Source of the DNA: an uncultured Planctomycetota bacterium
GTDB lineage: Bacteria > Planctomycetota > Planctomycetia > Isosphaerales > Isosphaeraceae
Reading direction: 5' to 3'
Assembly (NCBI GenBank): GCA_963845755.1
Contig: CAWJTV010000028.1
Location: forward strand, 160,001 to 224,000
Length of the DNA stretch: 64,000 nt
Shown here: in pieces, positions 19,986 to 31,435 of the stretch
How positions within the stretch are numbered: position 1 is the first letter of the stretch
Layout of the letters: each line of letters starts with the position of its first letter
Position numbers and translations under genes: made by a program
The notes under the pieces: model-generated
What the model was told of the DNA's origin: nothing
Database searches by the model: none
The model's input: only the letters and a program-made list of their open reading frames with translations

Positions 19986-21468
19986 ATGAGGGAACAGCCG
20001 CGATATCTGTTCGTCACCGGCCGGCTCGCCGAATTTGCGCTGCGACAGGTCCTGGAGGAACTGGCGCCTCGGGCCGGCTTCACGGCGGAAGTCGCCGTGT
20101 TGCCGATCTCCGTCGCCGCGCTCCTGACGCCGAGATGGGTCGCCCGACACCTGGAGATTCCCGAGGACGTCAACCGGATCATCCTGCCCGGCTACTGTCG
20201 GGGCGATCTGGATCCGATTGTCGAGAAGGCTCGTGCGATCCCCGTCGAACGAGGTCCCGCGGACCTCCGCGAGTTGCCGGACCACTTCGGACATGCTTCC
20301 GGGTCCCTCGTCGGCTACGGGGATTACGCGATCGAGATCCTGGCCGAGATCAACCATGCGCCCCGATTGACGCCAGAGGCACTGATCTCCGAGGCGCATC
20401 GGTTGCGCGCCGAGGGCGCCGATGTCATCGACCTGGGCTGCGAGCCGGGCCTGCGATGGACCGAGGTCGGCGATGCGGTCGCCGCACTCCGCCAGGAGGG
20501 CTTGCGCGTCTCGATCGATAGCTTCGACTCCGACGAGGTCGCGGCGGCGGCGACGGCCGGGGCCGAGTTGGTGCTGAGCGTGAATGCCGGCAACCGCGCA
20601 GGCGCCGGACTGGGGCATCGAGGTCGTCGCGATCCCCGATCAACCCGGATCGCTGGACGGACTCGACCGGACGATCGAGTTCCTCACCAGGAACGGCGTG
20701 CCGTTTCGCATCGACCCGATCATCGAGCCGATCGGCTTCGGCTTCGCGGCCTCGCTGGGCCGTTACCTGGAGGTCCGCCGCCGTTACCCCGACGCCGCGA
20801 TGTTGATGGGCGTCGGCAACCTGACTGAGCTGACGGACGTCGATTCGGCCGGGCTCAACACGATCCTCGCCGGCTTCTGCGAGGAGCTGAAGATCGGGAG
20901 CGTCCTCACGACGGCCGTTATCAACTCGGCGCGGTCGTCGGTCCGCGAGCTCGACCTCGCCCGCAGGCTCGTCCATCACGCCGTGGCGCGGCGGACCTTG
21001 CCCAAACATCTCGAGCCCCGGCTGATCGCGTTGCGCGATCCGCGGGTCGTCGAATTCGGGCGCAACGCGCTTAACGAGCTCCAGCGGAGGATCCGCGACC
21101 CGAACTGGCGGATCTTCGCCGAGGCGGGCATGATCCATGCTCTCAATAATCAACACATCCTGAGCGATTCCGACCCGTTCCTCCTCTTCGACCGGATGGG
21201 CGTCGCCGACGCTTCGCACGCATTCTACCTCGGCTATGAGATGATGAAAGCAAGAACCGCCTTGACTCTGAGCAAGTCCTATCGGCAGGATCAAGCATTG
21301 GAATGGGGATTCCTGACCGTTCCCGAGACCAGCCACGTCGCGAGACGGCCGTCTGGCAATAGCGAGGCCGAGGCTCCGACCGTGCCGGCGCGGCCCGAAC
21401 AACTGAAGCGCCATCCGCTCCAGGATGGCGGGATCCCGGATTCCGGCGAGGCGCCTCGTGATACTTGA
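19986..21468 (+). CDS. Dihydropteroate synthase-related protein (Orf20), frameshift near 20600
   Basis: LFVTGRLAE, ILAEINHAP, GADVIDLGC, VSIDSFD, DPIIEPIGFGF, GNLTELTDVDSAG, HAFYLGYE. Confidence 0.85.
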
Positions 21469-22069
21469 AGGAATCGTGACAACCTTGAGCCCCCAAGCCG
21501 TACTGAACGTCGCACCGATGGGACCGGAGGTCAACCCGGGATTGAACATGGAGCAGTTCGTTCTCCGTCCCTTCCGGTCCTCGACGACCTATGCGAATCT
21601 CAAGGCGCACGGCGAGGGGGTCTTCCATGTGACCGATGACGTCTTGCTCCTGGCCCGGACGGCGATCGGGACCGTCGTTGAGCCGCCACCCGAGACGCGT
21701 CCGGCCGAGGTGGTCGCAGGGGAGATTCTGCGGGGCGCCTGCCGATATTATGAGTTCCGGGTCAACACGCTCGACGACCGCGAGGACCGTACCCGGATCG
21801 TCGTCCAGACCGTCGCGCATGGACGACTACGCGACTTCTTCGGCTTCAACCGGGCCAAGCACGCGGTTGTCGAGGCGGCGATCCTGGCCACTCGGACGGC
21901 GTTCCTTCCGCTCGATGAGCTCTTGCTCGAATTCCGCAAGCTCGAGATCCCGGTCCAGAAGACGGGCGGACCCTCGGAGCGGACCGCGTTCCTGTTATTG
22001 TACGAGCACGTCCGGGAAGCGGCCGCCCGGCGCATTCTCGACTCGGACTCGAGGCCAGTACCGCCATGA
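21458..22069 (+). CDS. DUF447 family protein (Orf19)
   Basis: ILEGIVTT, NVAPMGP, RPFRSSTT, GFNRAKHAVVEAAILATR. Confidence 0.85.
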   Translation: MILEGIVTTLSPQAVLNVAPMGPEVNPGLNMEQFVLRPFRSSTTYANLKAHGEGVFHVTDDVLLLARTAIGTVVEPPPETRPAEVVAGEILRGACRYYEFRVNTLDDREDRTRIVVQTVAHGRLRDFFGFNRAKHAVVEAAILATRTAFLPLDELLLEFRKLEIPVQKTGGPSERTAFLLLYEHVREAAARRILDSDSRPVPP

Positions 22070-23073
22070 TGGGCTTCCGCGTGAGCGTCCGGACACCGAG
22101 CCGGCTTCATTTCGGCTTGCTGGGATGGGGGCCCGGCTCGCGCCGGCAATTCGGCGGTCTCGGCTTGATGATCCGATCTCCCGGCATCGAGCTGGAGGTC
22201 GAGCCGGCCGGCCAACCGCAGGTCGAAGGTCCGCTGGCCGAGCGGGTTCATCGGCTCGTCGCCTGTCTCCAGCAGCGCCTGGCGGTGATGGGTGTCCAGC
22301 TTCCACCGTTGCGAATCCGCATCCACCGCGCACCACCCGAGCATGTGGGGCTCGGCGCCGGCACGCAGATCAGCCTTGCCGTCGCCGCGGCCTTGTTGCG
22401 ACTGGCCGGCCAGGCCGATCCAGGAATGGACACGCTGGCTCGTCTGACGGGGCGCGGGAATCGCTCGGGGATCGGTCTGCACGGGTTCCACCAGGGAGGT
22501 CTGATCGTCGATGGCGGGCGTAAGGACGAGTCGGGAATCCCGGCCCTCGTGGCACGCCTCGCTTTTCCCGGAGAATGGTCCATCCTGGTGGTGCAGCCTC
22601 CCGGTTCGCATGGCCTGCACGGCGCGGATGAGAGGCACGCATTCGCCCGGCTGCCCGCGATCGCGGAACGTGTGACCGAACGTCTCTCTCGGATCGTGCT
22701 TCTGGACCTGTTGCCGGCCGTGGTCGAACGCGACCTGCCGGCCTTCGGAGCCGCCCTGATGGAGCTTCAGGCCCATGTCGGAGCCGCCTTCGCACCGGCA
22801 CAGGGAGGCATTTATGCCTCGCCACGCGGCCGCGCCATCGTGGAAGAACTCGCCCGATCCGGATTCGTCGGGATCGGGCAGAGTTCCTGGGGACCGACGA
22901 TTTATGCCTTCTCCGATCGATCCTCCGATGAACTCGCGGACCGGCCCGATCGACTCAGTCGGCGATCGGCGATCGATCCCGCCTGCATCCTGATCACACA
23001 GGCGGACAATCAGGGAGCCGGTTTCTGTACCTCCGAGCTCGACCCCGGAGCGGCGCCGGCCCAGCCGGACTAG
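22066..23073 (+). CDS. mptG: beta-ribofuranosylaminobenzene 5'-phosphate synthase
   Basis: PSRLHFG, HVGLGAGTQ, RSGIG..GF..GGLIVDGG, GQSSWGPT. Confidence 0.88.
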   Translation: MMGFRVSVRTPSRLHFGLLGWGPGSRRQFGGLGLMIRSPGIELEVEPAGQPQVEGPLAERVHRLVACLQQRLAVMGVQLPPLRIRIHRAPPEHVGLGAGTQISLAVAAALLRLAGQADPGMDTLARLTGRGNRSGIGLHGFHQGGLIVDGGRKDESGIPALVARLAFPGEWSILVVQPPGSHGLHGADERHAFARLPAIAERVTERLSRIVLLDLLPAVVERDLPAFGAALMELQAHVGAAFAPAQGGIYASPRGRAIVEELARSGFVGIGQSSWGPTIYAFSDRSSDELADRPDRLSRRSAIDPACILITQADNQGAGFCTSELDPGAAPAQPD

Positions 23074-23078
23074 GACGG

Positions 23079-24550
23079 TCACCGGTGATGCAGCGACGCC
23101 AGCAGCTCATCCAGATCGATCCGGACCGCACTCGTCGTCAGATCGCTGATCGCATAAGGCACGATCAGCTTGCGGTCATGGATCATCGCGCCGCAGGAAT
23201 AGACGACGTTGGGGACATAGCCCGAGGTCCGTCCTTCTTCCGTTGGCATGAGTAATGGCTCACGGGTCTGGCCGATGATGCGGGTCGGATCGTCTCGATC
23301 CAGCAGCGTGGCCCCGATGCAGTACTGGCGCATCGGCCCGACGCCGTGGGTCATCATCAGCCACCCTTGTTCGGTCTCGAGCGGCGAGCCACAGTTGCCG
23401 ATCTGGATCACCTGCCAGGGATACTCCGGCACCTGGAGCAGCCGCGCTTCGTTCCAGGTAATGACGTCCTCGGACTCCATGTAGTAGAGATTCTCGTTGT
23501 CGATCCGCGAAATCATCGCGTATCGGCCCCGGATCCGACGCGGGAACAGTGCCATATCCTTATTCTGTGCACATTCACCGGTCATCAGACGCACGTCAAT
23601 CGTGCTCCCGCCACGATACTCCAACAACTGGGGGAACACTCGCACGCCGTTATAGGCAGTGAACGTACCATAGTAGACTCGCGACCCGTCATCGTCGCAG
23701 AATTGTACCAGGCGCAGATCTTCGATCCCGTGGCGCTCGATATCGGAGAAGGGAAAGACCACGATCTCCGACTCCTGGCTGAATGGAGGGTTGGGGAGGT
23801 GGAGCTGATAGTTGACCTGGGCCGCGACGATCAGGCTATCGGCCGTCTGCTCCAGGAATCCCGACGTCTGTTGATTCGCCCGCGGCGGCATCGATCTGTC
23901 TGGAAGAGGTCCTGGCGTGTGAACCGCTCGCCCAGGCGGTCGAGGATCCCCTTGGTTTGCTCGTCAGAGACTCCTAAGGTGGCCAGGTCGCGCCGAAATG
24001 CCGGCTTGTGGAATTCGTCGACGAGCGTCGCTTTCAAGGGCCGGGTGCTCTTTTCCACCGGCTCGAGGTGGATGGCACCATCGGCATCGACGATCCCGAC
24101 CCGAAACACGATGGACGAGACATGACCCTCGCCGGTCGCTCGGAGACTCATGACGAAGCGGAGCGCACCGTCGGGCAGTCCCTCCTGTCGGAGAGCCGGC
24201 ACCATCGAGGGATTGAAGAGGGCCACGGATTCCAGGGCATACTCCATCGTGAAGCAGGCCCCCAGGAGCAACCGCCGCGACTCGGTCAGGTCCGAATCGA
24301 GGGGAACGGCCCCCCGAATCGTGTCGAAATGCTCGGCGAAGACCTCGAAAAGGCGGTCGTGCTTGGGGCAGAAGGTACGACCGAGCTCCTCCAATAATTT
24401 CCCCACCTGGTCTTCGGGGAACGTCAGTACCCGGCCGATGATGTCCCGTACGCGCTTTTCGTTCCCCGTACCGAAGAACCTCATGATGACGCGGCTGGGG
24501 TCCGGCGTGAGTTCCAGCGGCAGTCGTTCAATGGATACCGACATGATCAA
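23079..24550 (-). CDS. Glycoside hydrolase family 130 protein, frameshift near 23885
   Basis: ALFNPS, SLRATGEGHVSSI, GIEDLR, NKDMALFPR, GNCGSP, GYVPNVVYSCG. Confidence 0.8.
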
Positions 24551-24674
24551 ATCCAGACTAGTTCATCACGGGATCGGAAGAAGCCAGGCGACGCGAGGAC
24601 CTCGCTGCGATTCTCGTGCCGTAACGAAGCCGGATGGGGCTCGATCGCCCGCCGGACGCACGATTCATCAAGCG

Positions 24675-25517
24675 CTACCGCGAGTCATTCGGCTGATGGC
24701 TCGTCAACTCGGTGGCGAAAGCGTCGTCAACCGGGAGGTAGCCGAGGAGCTCGGCGGCGTCGGAGAGGTCCCAGCGCATGCCGTGGTTGCGCGACATGCC
24801 GTTGACCACGACGAACGAGCGATCCTCGATCTCGGCCTCGACCGCCGCATCAAACAGGCGGATCAGATCGGTGTTGGACAGCCACAATCCGCGGGACCAG
24901 TCGTCGGGGAGTGTCTCGTGCCGATTCTTTCCGCGCTGGATCCAACCCAGCCGCAATGCGATGAATGTCAGGTCGAAGGCGCGGGCCAGGCTCTGGCCCA
25001 TGCGTTCGCCCACCAGTTTCGTCACGCCATAGGGCCTGTCCGGCCGCGGGTCCATGTCGGTGGTGATCGGACCGTCGCCGAACTCGCGGTATTCTCCCAT
25101 CACGTGATTGGAGCTGGCGAAGATGATCCGCTCGACTCCGGCCAGGGCCGCGGCATGCAAGACGTTCGCCAGGGCGTCGAGGTTCGGGCCGATGAGCTCT
25201 TCCCAGGGTGCCCGATCGTCGGGATTCGCCGCCAGGTGGACCACGGTGTCAACCCCGTGGAAGTGCGTGATCCAGTCGTCGTCCAGGATCGCGAGGTCCG
25301 CCTCGATGATCTCAGGGTCGTCGCCAGCCTCCTGGTCGATGAGGACCAGGTCATACACGTCGGTCCAGGCCGCGCGGAGCTTGCGGCCAATGTTGCCGCA
25401 TGCGCCGGTGATCAAGACGGTGCGGGGCTCCTCATCGATCTCCTGGGAGAGGAGGTCCTCGTCGACCAGCGCCTCCTTCGTCATCGTCGTCCGGGGTGTC
25501 TCCGAACTCGCCGGCAT
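24675..25517 (-). CDS. NAD-dependent epimerase/dehydrogenase (uronate dehydrogenase-like)
   Basis: ITGACGNIG, VVHLAA, FASSNHV, YGVTK. Confidence 0.75.
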   Translation of the reverse strand: MPASSETPRTTMTKEALVDEDLLSQEIDEEPRTVLITGACGNIGRKLRAAWTDVYDLVLIDQEAGDDPEIIEADLAILDDDWITHFHGVDTVVHLAANPDDRAPWEELIGPNLDALANVLHAAALAGVERIIFASSNHVMGEYREFGDGPITTDMDPRPDRPYGVTKLVGERMGQSLARAFDLTFIALRLGWIQRGKNRHETLPDDWSRGLWLSNTDLIRLFDAAVEAEIEDRSFVVVNGMSRNHGMRWDLSDAAELLGYLPVDDAFATELTSHQPNDSR

Positions 25518-25647
25518 CGGGATCGGTCTCCCTGTCCTCTCCGTGGTAAACCGGCAGGTCAAAATGCGGCGGACGCCGCGTTTCGCCGGGCTCATCCTCT
25601 CCATCATGATTGGAAGGTTGATCGAGATGCATCTCCAAGTCCTCCTC

Positions 25648-25780
25648 AGAGCATGTGATCGTATCGGATTCAAGAATCCGAATTCAAGATTCAACAATCC
25701 TAAGTCATTGATTCATCGGGGCTTAACATCCATTCGGAACCTTGAATTCGGGATTCTGAATCCCTTCTTTCACAGCCTCT
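25648..25780. repeat. Palindromic intergenic element with central IHF-consensus site
   Basis: Arms 25666-25692/25737-25763; TAAGTCATTGATT at 25701-25713 equals WATCAANNNNTTR on the minus strand. Confidence 0.6.
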
Positions 25781-25786
25781 CGCTGG

Positions 25787-26941
25787 TTAGCTCTCGTCCG
25801 ACGGTTTTCGGCTTGCTGACGAAAGAACCTTGTCCACGGCCTCCAGGAAGAAGAATTCGCCCCACATCACGGACTCGTCGACTCCCAGATTCTTGTGGAT
25901 GTGATAGACGCCATGTTTCAGGACTCCTTCCCAACCGGGAGTCGACCAGGCCAGGTATTGGTCGGAGCAGAGCGTCTCCAGGATGGTGAGTGAGGCGTCC
26001 CGGTATCGACGGCCGCGCGCCGGATCGCCCGGAGCGGTCAGTTCGGCGAGGTCCCAGAGGCCCGACGCGGCGATCGCGGCGGCGGAACTATCGTCGACCC
26101 GGGCGGGCCCATCCGGCACATCGAAATCCCAGGGGGGAACCAGGCCCTCGGGACATCGCTCGAGGAAGCACTCGGCGTTGCGGCGGGCGATGTCGAGATC
26201 GGCCGGCTCCCCGGTGTAGGTGAACACCGTGCTGAAGCCATAAAGAGACCAGGCCAACCCGCGAGTCCACGTGGAGTCGGCACGCAATCCCTGTTGGGTC
26301 AACTGCCGCAGGAATTCGCCGGTCTCCGGGTCGAAGATCCCTTCGTGCGCCGTCGAGCCGTTGGGACGCACCAGAGTCTGCTCGGTGGTGCGGCAATGCG
26401 CGACCGCCAGCTCATAGAGGGAGTGGTCGCCGGCCTCTCGGGCGGCGTGGAAGATCAACGGAACGTTCATCATGATATCGATGAACAGGCTCTCCGGCCC
26501 CATGAATGAGCGAAGATATCGCCCGAGGGGGTTGAATCGCAGGGCCAGGGTCCGGCCGGCCGTGATCAGGACCTGGCGGAGTCGTTCGTCGCCCGTCAGC
26601 CGGTACCAGGGGAGATACGTGTTGAGGAAGAGGAATCCCAGGTCGTGGACGTCGCGGTCGTGCTGCCGATGCTCGAGCAGCCGGGAGTAATGCTCGGCCA
26701 TCGACCGCCACCAGGCGTCGCCTGTCCGCCGGGCAATCAACCACATCATTCCGGCGTGGAACCCGCCGCACCAGTCGGTCCACAGCTCGCCGGAATGCTT
26801 CCACCGACCGGCTTCCGTGTAGATCGGGAAGTAGTCCGGGTAGCGCTCGATCGTCGTGCGGACCTGCCCGGCGGCGAAGTCGAACGCCCGCTCCAACCGG
26901 GGCATCAGCGCGTCGAGATCGATCGGACGGGGCTGGCCCAT
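25787..26941 (-). CDS. Unsaturated glucuronyl hydrolase (GH88)
   Basis: WCGGFHAG, HDLGF, IDIMMN, WTRGLAW, DSSAAAI, WGEFFFLEA. Confidence 0.85.
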   Translation of the reverse strand: MGQPRPIDLDALMPRLERAFDFAAGQVRTTIERYPDYFPIYTEAGRWKHSGELWTDWCGGFHAGMMWLIARRTGDAWWRSMAEHYSRLLEHRQHDRDVHDLGFLFLNTYLPWYRLTGDERLRQVLITAGRTLALRFNPLGRYLRSFMGPESLFIDIMMNVPLIFHAAREAGDHSLYELAVAHCRTTEQTLVRPNGSTAHEGIFDPETGEFLRQLTQQGLRADSTWTRGLAWSLYGFSTVFTYTGEPADLDIARRNAECFLERCPEGLVPPWDFDVPDGPARVDDSSAAAIAASGLWDLAELTAPGDPARGRRYRDASLTILETLCSDQYLAWSTPGWEGVLKHGVYHIHKNLGVDESVMWGEFFFLEAVDKVLSSASRKPSDES

Positions 26942-27221
26942 GGGGATGCGATATCCTCTCTGTGACCCTCGTCAGGCCCGGCAGCGCGACAAACCGGGCG
27001 TCTGACCGATTCAGCTCACGGATTTGATCGAGCGACCACGGCGACTCGGGCTCGATCGTCACCAATCCGGCAGAATTCCGCAATATCCCAGCCGGCCGAC
27101 CACCCGGTTTCGTGGCGACCATCTTCGGCGATGTGGGGTCCGCCGTCCCGATGGTACCGGAGTCCCAACCCTCCCTTTCGCGGTTGAAGCGTGTTATCAT
27201 CCTCGGGAGGGTCCTATCAAC

Positions 27222-29175
27222 ATGAACACGGTCTCGTCACACGATCTATCGACCGCGCAGGTTCGCCGTCCGAAGTTGGGTCGGCTGGCCGTTGACGTCC
27301 TGCGCGGTTTCTTGATGGCCTTTGTGCCGTTAGCCGTGTTCGAAGTGGCATTCAAGAGCGCGGCATTCGGTATCGGAGTCATTGGCACTCGCTGGGTGAT
27401 CGAGCCCTTGATCGCGCGTACCGGGAATCTCGCGGTGACCAATACCGAGATCGCGCGGTTCCTGCTGTCGCCATCGGGTTTGGTGTATCTGGTCCTGATC
27501 GCGCTGTCGCTGATGCTGGCGACGATGATCGAGCATGTCGGGGTGATTGCGATCGCGGCTGCCCAACTCCGGGGACACGGCACCACGCTCTCGGGCACAC
27601 TGACGGACCTGGCCGTGGTTTTCTTGCGGTTACTCTCGTTTGGAATACGCAGCCTCGCCTCGCTGGTCTTGCTCTGTGCCCCGTTCGTGGTCCTGGGAGG
27701 CATCGCGTATCTCTTGCTGCTCTCGCGACAAGACATCAACTACTTCCTCGCGAATCGGCCCCCTCGCTGGTATGTGGCACTGGGGATCGCCGGTCTCCTG
27801 GTTGCGGTGCTTGCAGCCCGGCTGGCGAGGCTTTATGTGGACACGATCTTCGTCATGCCGATCCTCCTTTTCGGAGATCGACGAGGATGGGCGGCGATCG
27901 GCGAGAGTCGCACGCGGGCCGCGGGCGCACGGCTCCAGATCGGAGGAGCGTTATTGGGCTGGCAGGTCTTCGGGTTGCTTCTGAGCGTGGCGGCGGTCTG
28001 GGGCTTCGGCCGCGCTTGCTCCTACCTGCTGGCGCCGGCCGAGGCCCGGCCGATCGTCCTGGTTCCCCTGGTTGCCGGTCTGCTAGCGTGCCAGGCGCTC
28101 CTCATCGCGGGCGTGTCGTTCCTCGTGGTGGCGATCCATTGCCTGTTGATCCTCCATCTTTATCTCGAGCGCGGAGGAACGCTGGGCACGTGGTCGCCCG
28201 GCAAACCCTGGGCGATCGCCACTCGGGGCATGAGCCTGGTCAACGCCGCGGGGCCACGTCTGCGGCGGCTGCTCCGACGGAGAGTGCTGATCGGGATCGC
28301 CTTGCTAGGCTTCGTCGGCTATCTGAGCTTCAGCCTCCCCAGCAAGATCGCCGTCCATGTGCCGATCGTCGTCGTGGCCCATCGCGGCTGCGAGCGACTT
28401 GCTCCGGAGAACACGCTCGAGCGCGTTCCGCAAGGCGATCGAGGTCGGTGCCGACTTCGCCGAACTCGACGTGCAGGAGACCGCCGACGGCATCGTGGTC
28501 GTGCTCCACGACCGCGACCTGATGCGTGTCGCAGGCGACCCGCGCCGGATCGCCGACCTCACCTTTGCCGAGGCGCGAAAGCTCGACCTGGGCCGACGGT
28601 TCAGCCCGGAGTATGCCGGCGAGCGGATTCCCACGCTCGCCGAGGTGATCGAGCTGGCGCGTGGTAAGATCAAGCTTCAGATCGAGCTGAAATACTACGG
28701 TAAGGACCACGGGCTGGCCGCGAAGATCGCCGACCTGATCCACCGCGAGGGCTTCGAATCGGAATGCGAAGTCACGTCCCTGGACTACGACGGCTTGATG
28801 GCAGCCAAGCGGCGAAACCCGAGACTCACGGTCGTGGCCCTGCTGACCTACGCCCTCGGCGACCCCGGCCGCCTGGACGTCGATGGGCTGAGCGTGAATG
28901 TCGAGGTGCTGAAAGATCGGCTGATCCGGGACTCGCGAAGGCGCGGCAAGCGGCTCTACGCGTGGACGGTCAACGATCCTCGGGCCATGAACCGGCTCAT
29001 CGAGCGAGGCGTCGGCGGACTCGTCACCAATGCGCCCGAAGAGGCGATCCGCATCCGCCGCGACGCGCCTGCGCTCGACGACACCCAGCGCCGCCTCATT
29101 GCCGCACGCTACCTCCTCGGGCTCGATCGGAGCCCCGAGACCGAGACCGGCTCGAAGACCGATACCAGCCCCTGA
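27222..29175 (+). CDS. Membrane-domain glycerophosphodiester phosphodiesterase, frameshift near 28420
   Basis: Multi-TM N-terminus; VAHRG..APENT, ELDVQETADG..VVLHD, IPTLAEV, IELK, WTVND. Confidence 0.8.
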
Positions 29176-29260
29176 GCCGACCGATCTCGCGTCGGGCGGT
29201 GTCGGCCGGCCGATTCTTCCCCCGGACCTGATTTCGTCGTCAGGCGTTGGGCGATGGGAT

Positions 29261-30244
29261 CTATGGGACGTTCGCTACGGCTGCCAGCGGCGGGTAAAGC
29301 GCATACCCCGCGACGGCCAGTGGGACCTTCCAGACGGTCTTGCCCGCCGTGACATACAGGGTCTTGCGGTCCGGACCGCCGAACGCCAGGTTGGTGCAGA
29401 GGTCCTCAGCGATTGGGATCCGACCTAGCAACTCGCCCTGGGGTGTGATGACATACACGCCGGCTGGGACCTCGGCCGTCTCGCCCGCGTGGCGGGGAAA
29501 GAGGATTCCCGCGGCTACCCAGAGATTCCCCTGATCGTCGAGCCGCATGCCGTCGCCGCCCCGGCCCCGGCCGAAGTCGAAGACCAGGCGCTGACCATCG
29601 AGACCACCGTACTCATCGACGTCGAATGCCCAGACCTTGCGGTTCCCACCCGGCCGACCGTGGCTGTCGATGACATAGAGCGTCCGGGCGTCGGGCGTGA
29701 TCGCCAGCCCATTGGGCCGATCGATCGAGGGTTGGGACAGCACGCGCGTGACCGTGGCATCGGGGTCGATACGGTAGACCGCCTCCTCATCCATCTCCAG
29801 GGCCGAGCGATCCTCCGCGTAGAACGGATCGGTGAACCAGATGCGGCCCCTGGTATCGACGACGACATCGTTGGGACTGTTGTACCGCATCCCTTCGTAG
29901 CTATCGGTCAGGACTTCGACCTGGCCGGTCACGATGTCGGTGAGCACCACCCGCCTCCGTCCGCCCGGACTGAACTCGGCCCCCTCACAACTGATCAGTC
30001 GGCCCAGCGCGTCGAAGGTGTTGCCGTTGGTCCGGCCGCTGTCGGCCCGGAAGACCGAGAGGGCACCACCGGGCGTGAGGCGATAGATGCAGTTACCTCC
30101 GATGTCGCTGAAGAACAGGTTGCCCGCAGCATCGAAGGCTGGCCCTTCGAGCAGGCAGGTCCGCGCGGCAATGCTGGTGGCGCCCTGCGGGGCCAGCAGG
30201 CCCGCCGGGATCGGCGTGGAGGTCAGGTCCGGATGCTCCGCCAT
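29261..30244 (-). CDS. SMP-30/gluconolactonase family protein
   Basis: LEGPAFD, NGNTFD, NSPNDV, PNGLA, GDGM, TNLAFGG. Confidence 0.88.
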   Translation of the reverse strand: MAEHPDLTSTPIPAGLLAPQGATSIAARTCLLEGPAFDAAGNLFFSDIGGNCIYRLTPGGALSVFRADSGRTNGNTFDALGRLISCEGAEFSPGGRRRVVLTDIVTGQVEVLTDSYEGMRYNSPNDVVVDTRGRIWFTDPFYAEDRSALEMDEEAVYRIDPDATVTRVLSQPSIDRPNGLAITPDARTLYVIDSHGRPGGNRKVWAFDVDEYGGLDGQRLVFDFGRGRGGDGMRLDDQGNLWVAAGILFPRHAGETAEVPAGVYVITPQGELLGRIPIAEDLCTNLAFGGPDRKTLYVTAGKTVWKVPLAVAGYALYPPLAAVANVP

Positions 30245-30454
30245 GCGGGGTTGCTCCCGAGAGAAGGACGTCCGATCGATTGTTCCTGGTCAAATCACGA
30301 GGATTCGGGGCGACCGGGTACCGTCACCTCGGGTCGCTACGGCTCGCAAACGAACACATTGTAGACTGGCCCCCGCCCGGCCTGCTACTGTGCTGGAAAC
30401 GGGCGCGGAGATCCAACGATTCGAGACGAAGCAACCGGAATCGGAGGCTTGAAT

Positions 30455-31351
30455 ATGGATATTATCTACCGTTACGACCCCTACAAAGCGATCGCGGGCC
30501 GCCGACTCGATCATTCGGAAGGCGCGATCGAGATCCTCGAACAGGGTCACCAACGATTCATCACGATTGTCACGCAGGTGCAGAAGGAGCTGGTTGGCGA
30601 CCATTCCACGCACCAGATCGTCATCCCGTCGGATCCCCTGTCCCTGGGGTTTCCGATGGAGTCGGGCGCGGCCCCTCTCCAATCGCCGTTCGCCCTGATG
30701 CTGGGCTGTTCGGACGCGCGCGTGCCGATCGAGCAGATCTTCGACCAGTCGCCCAATGACCTGTTCGTGATCCGGGTCGCAGGTAACGTGCTCGGCGTCG
30801 AGTGCCTGGGAAGCATTGACTATGCCGTCAACCAATTCGGAGCGGGCTTGAAGCTGCTGGTCGTCCTGGGCCACAGCACTTGCGGAGCCGTCTCCGCGGC
30901 GGTGGACTCGTACCTCGCGCCGAAGGATTATTCGAGCATCGCGTTCACGCACGCCCTCCGCTCGCTGGTCAACCGCATCCAGGTCGCGGTGCGGGGCGCG
31001 GCGACGGCCCTGGAGCGGGTCCAGGGCGCCGCGGCGGCCCGCCACCCGTCCTATCGTGCGGCGCTGGTGGAGACCGCCGTGTATCTCAACGCGGCCATCA
31101 CCGCTTACGACGTGCGACGCGAGCTAGACCGCGCCGAGAACACCGGCACGCGGGTGGTCTATGGCGTGTTCGACCTGGTCGAGCAGCAAGTCCGCGCCCA
31201 CCCGGCCAGTGCCCTGTCGAACACTCCCGACGCGATCCCCATCTTCGCCGACGTCCCCGATGGACCGGCAGCCTTCAACACGCTCAGCAACGCGCTGGCG
31301 CGGGCCGTCGTCGCGAAGAGGTTCCCCGCGGATGGCACCAATCCGCAGTAG
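30455..31351 (+). CDS. beta-carbonic anhydrase
   Basis: GCSDARVP, RVAGN, GHSTCGAV zinc ligands. Confidence 0.85.
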   Translation: MDIIYRYDPYKAIAGRRLDHSEGAIEILEQGHQRFITIVTQVQKELVGDHSTHQIVIPSDPLSLGFPMESGAAPLQSPFALMLGCSDARVPIEQIFDQSPNDLFVIRVAGNVLGVECLGSIDYAVNQFGAGLKLLVVLGHSTCGAVSAAVDSYLAPKDYSSIAFTHALRSLVNRIQVAVRGAATALERVQGAAAARHPSYRAALVETAVYLNAAITAYDVRRELDRAENTGTRVVYGVFDLVEQQVRAHPASALSNTPDAIPIFADVPDGPAAFNTLSNALARAVVAKRFPADGTNPQ

Positions 31352-31435
31352 GATCGGATGCACCGCGCATCCGCCTCATGCTTCCCTTGAGGTCAGCAAG
31401 GCTCGCCAACTTGACCGGGTTGGACGCCCTCTAGG

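Noticed and set aside
24150..25658. Long plus-strand ORF of 502 aa (similar cases at 31526-33079, 58699-60057, 60690-62138)
   Set aside because: Antisense shadows of well-supported genes, expected in high-GC DNA
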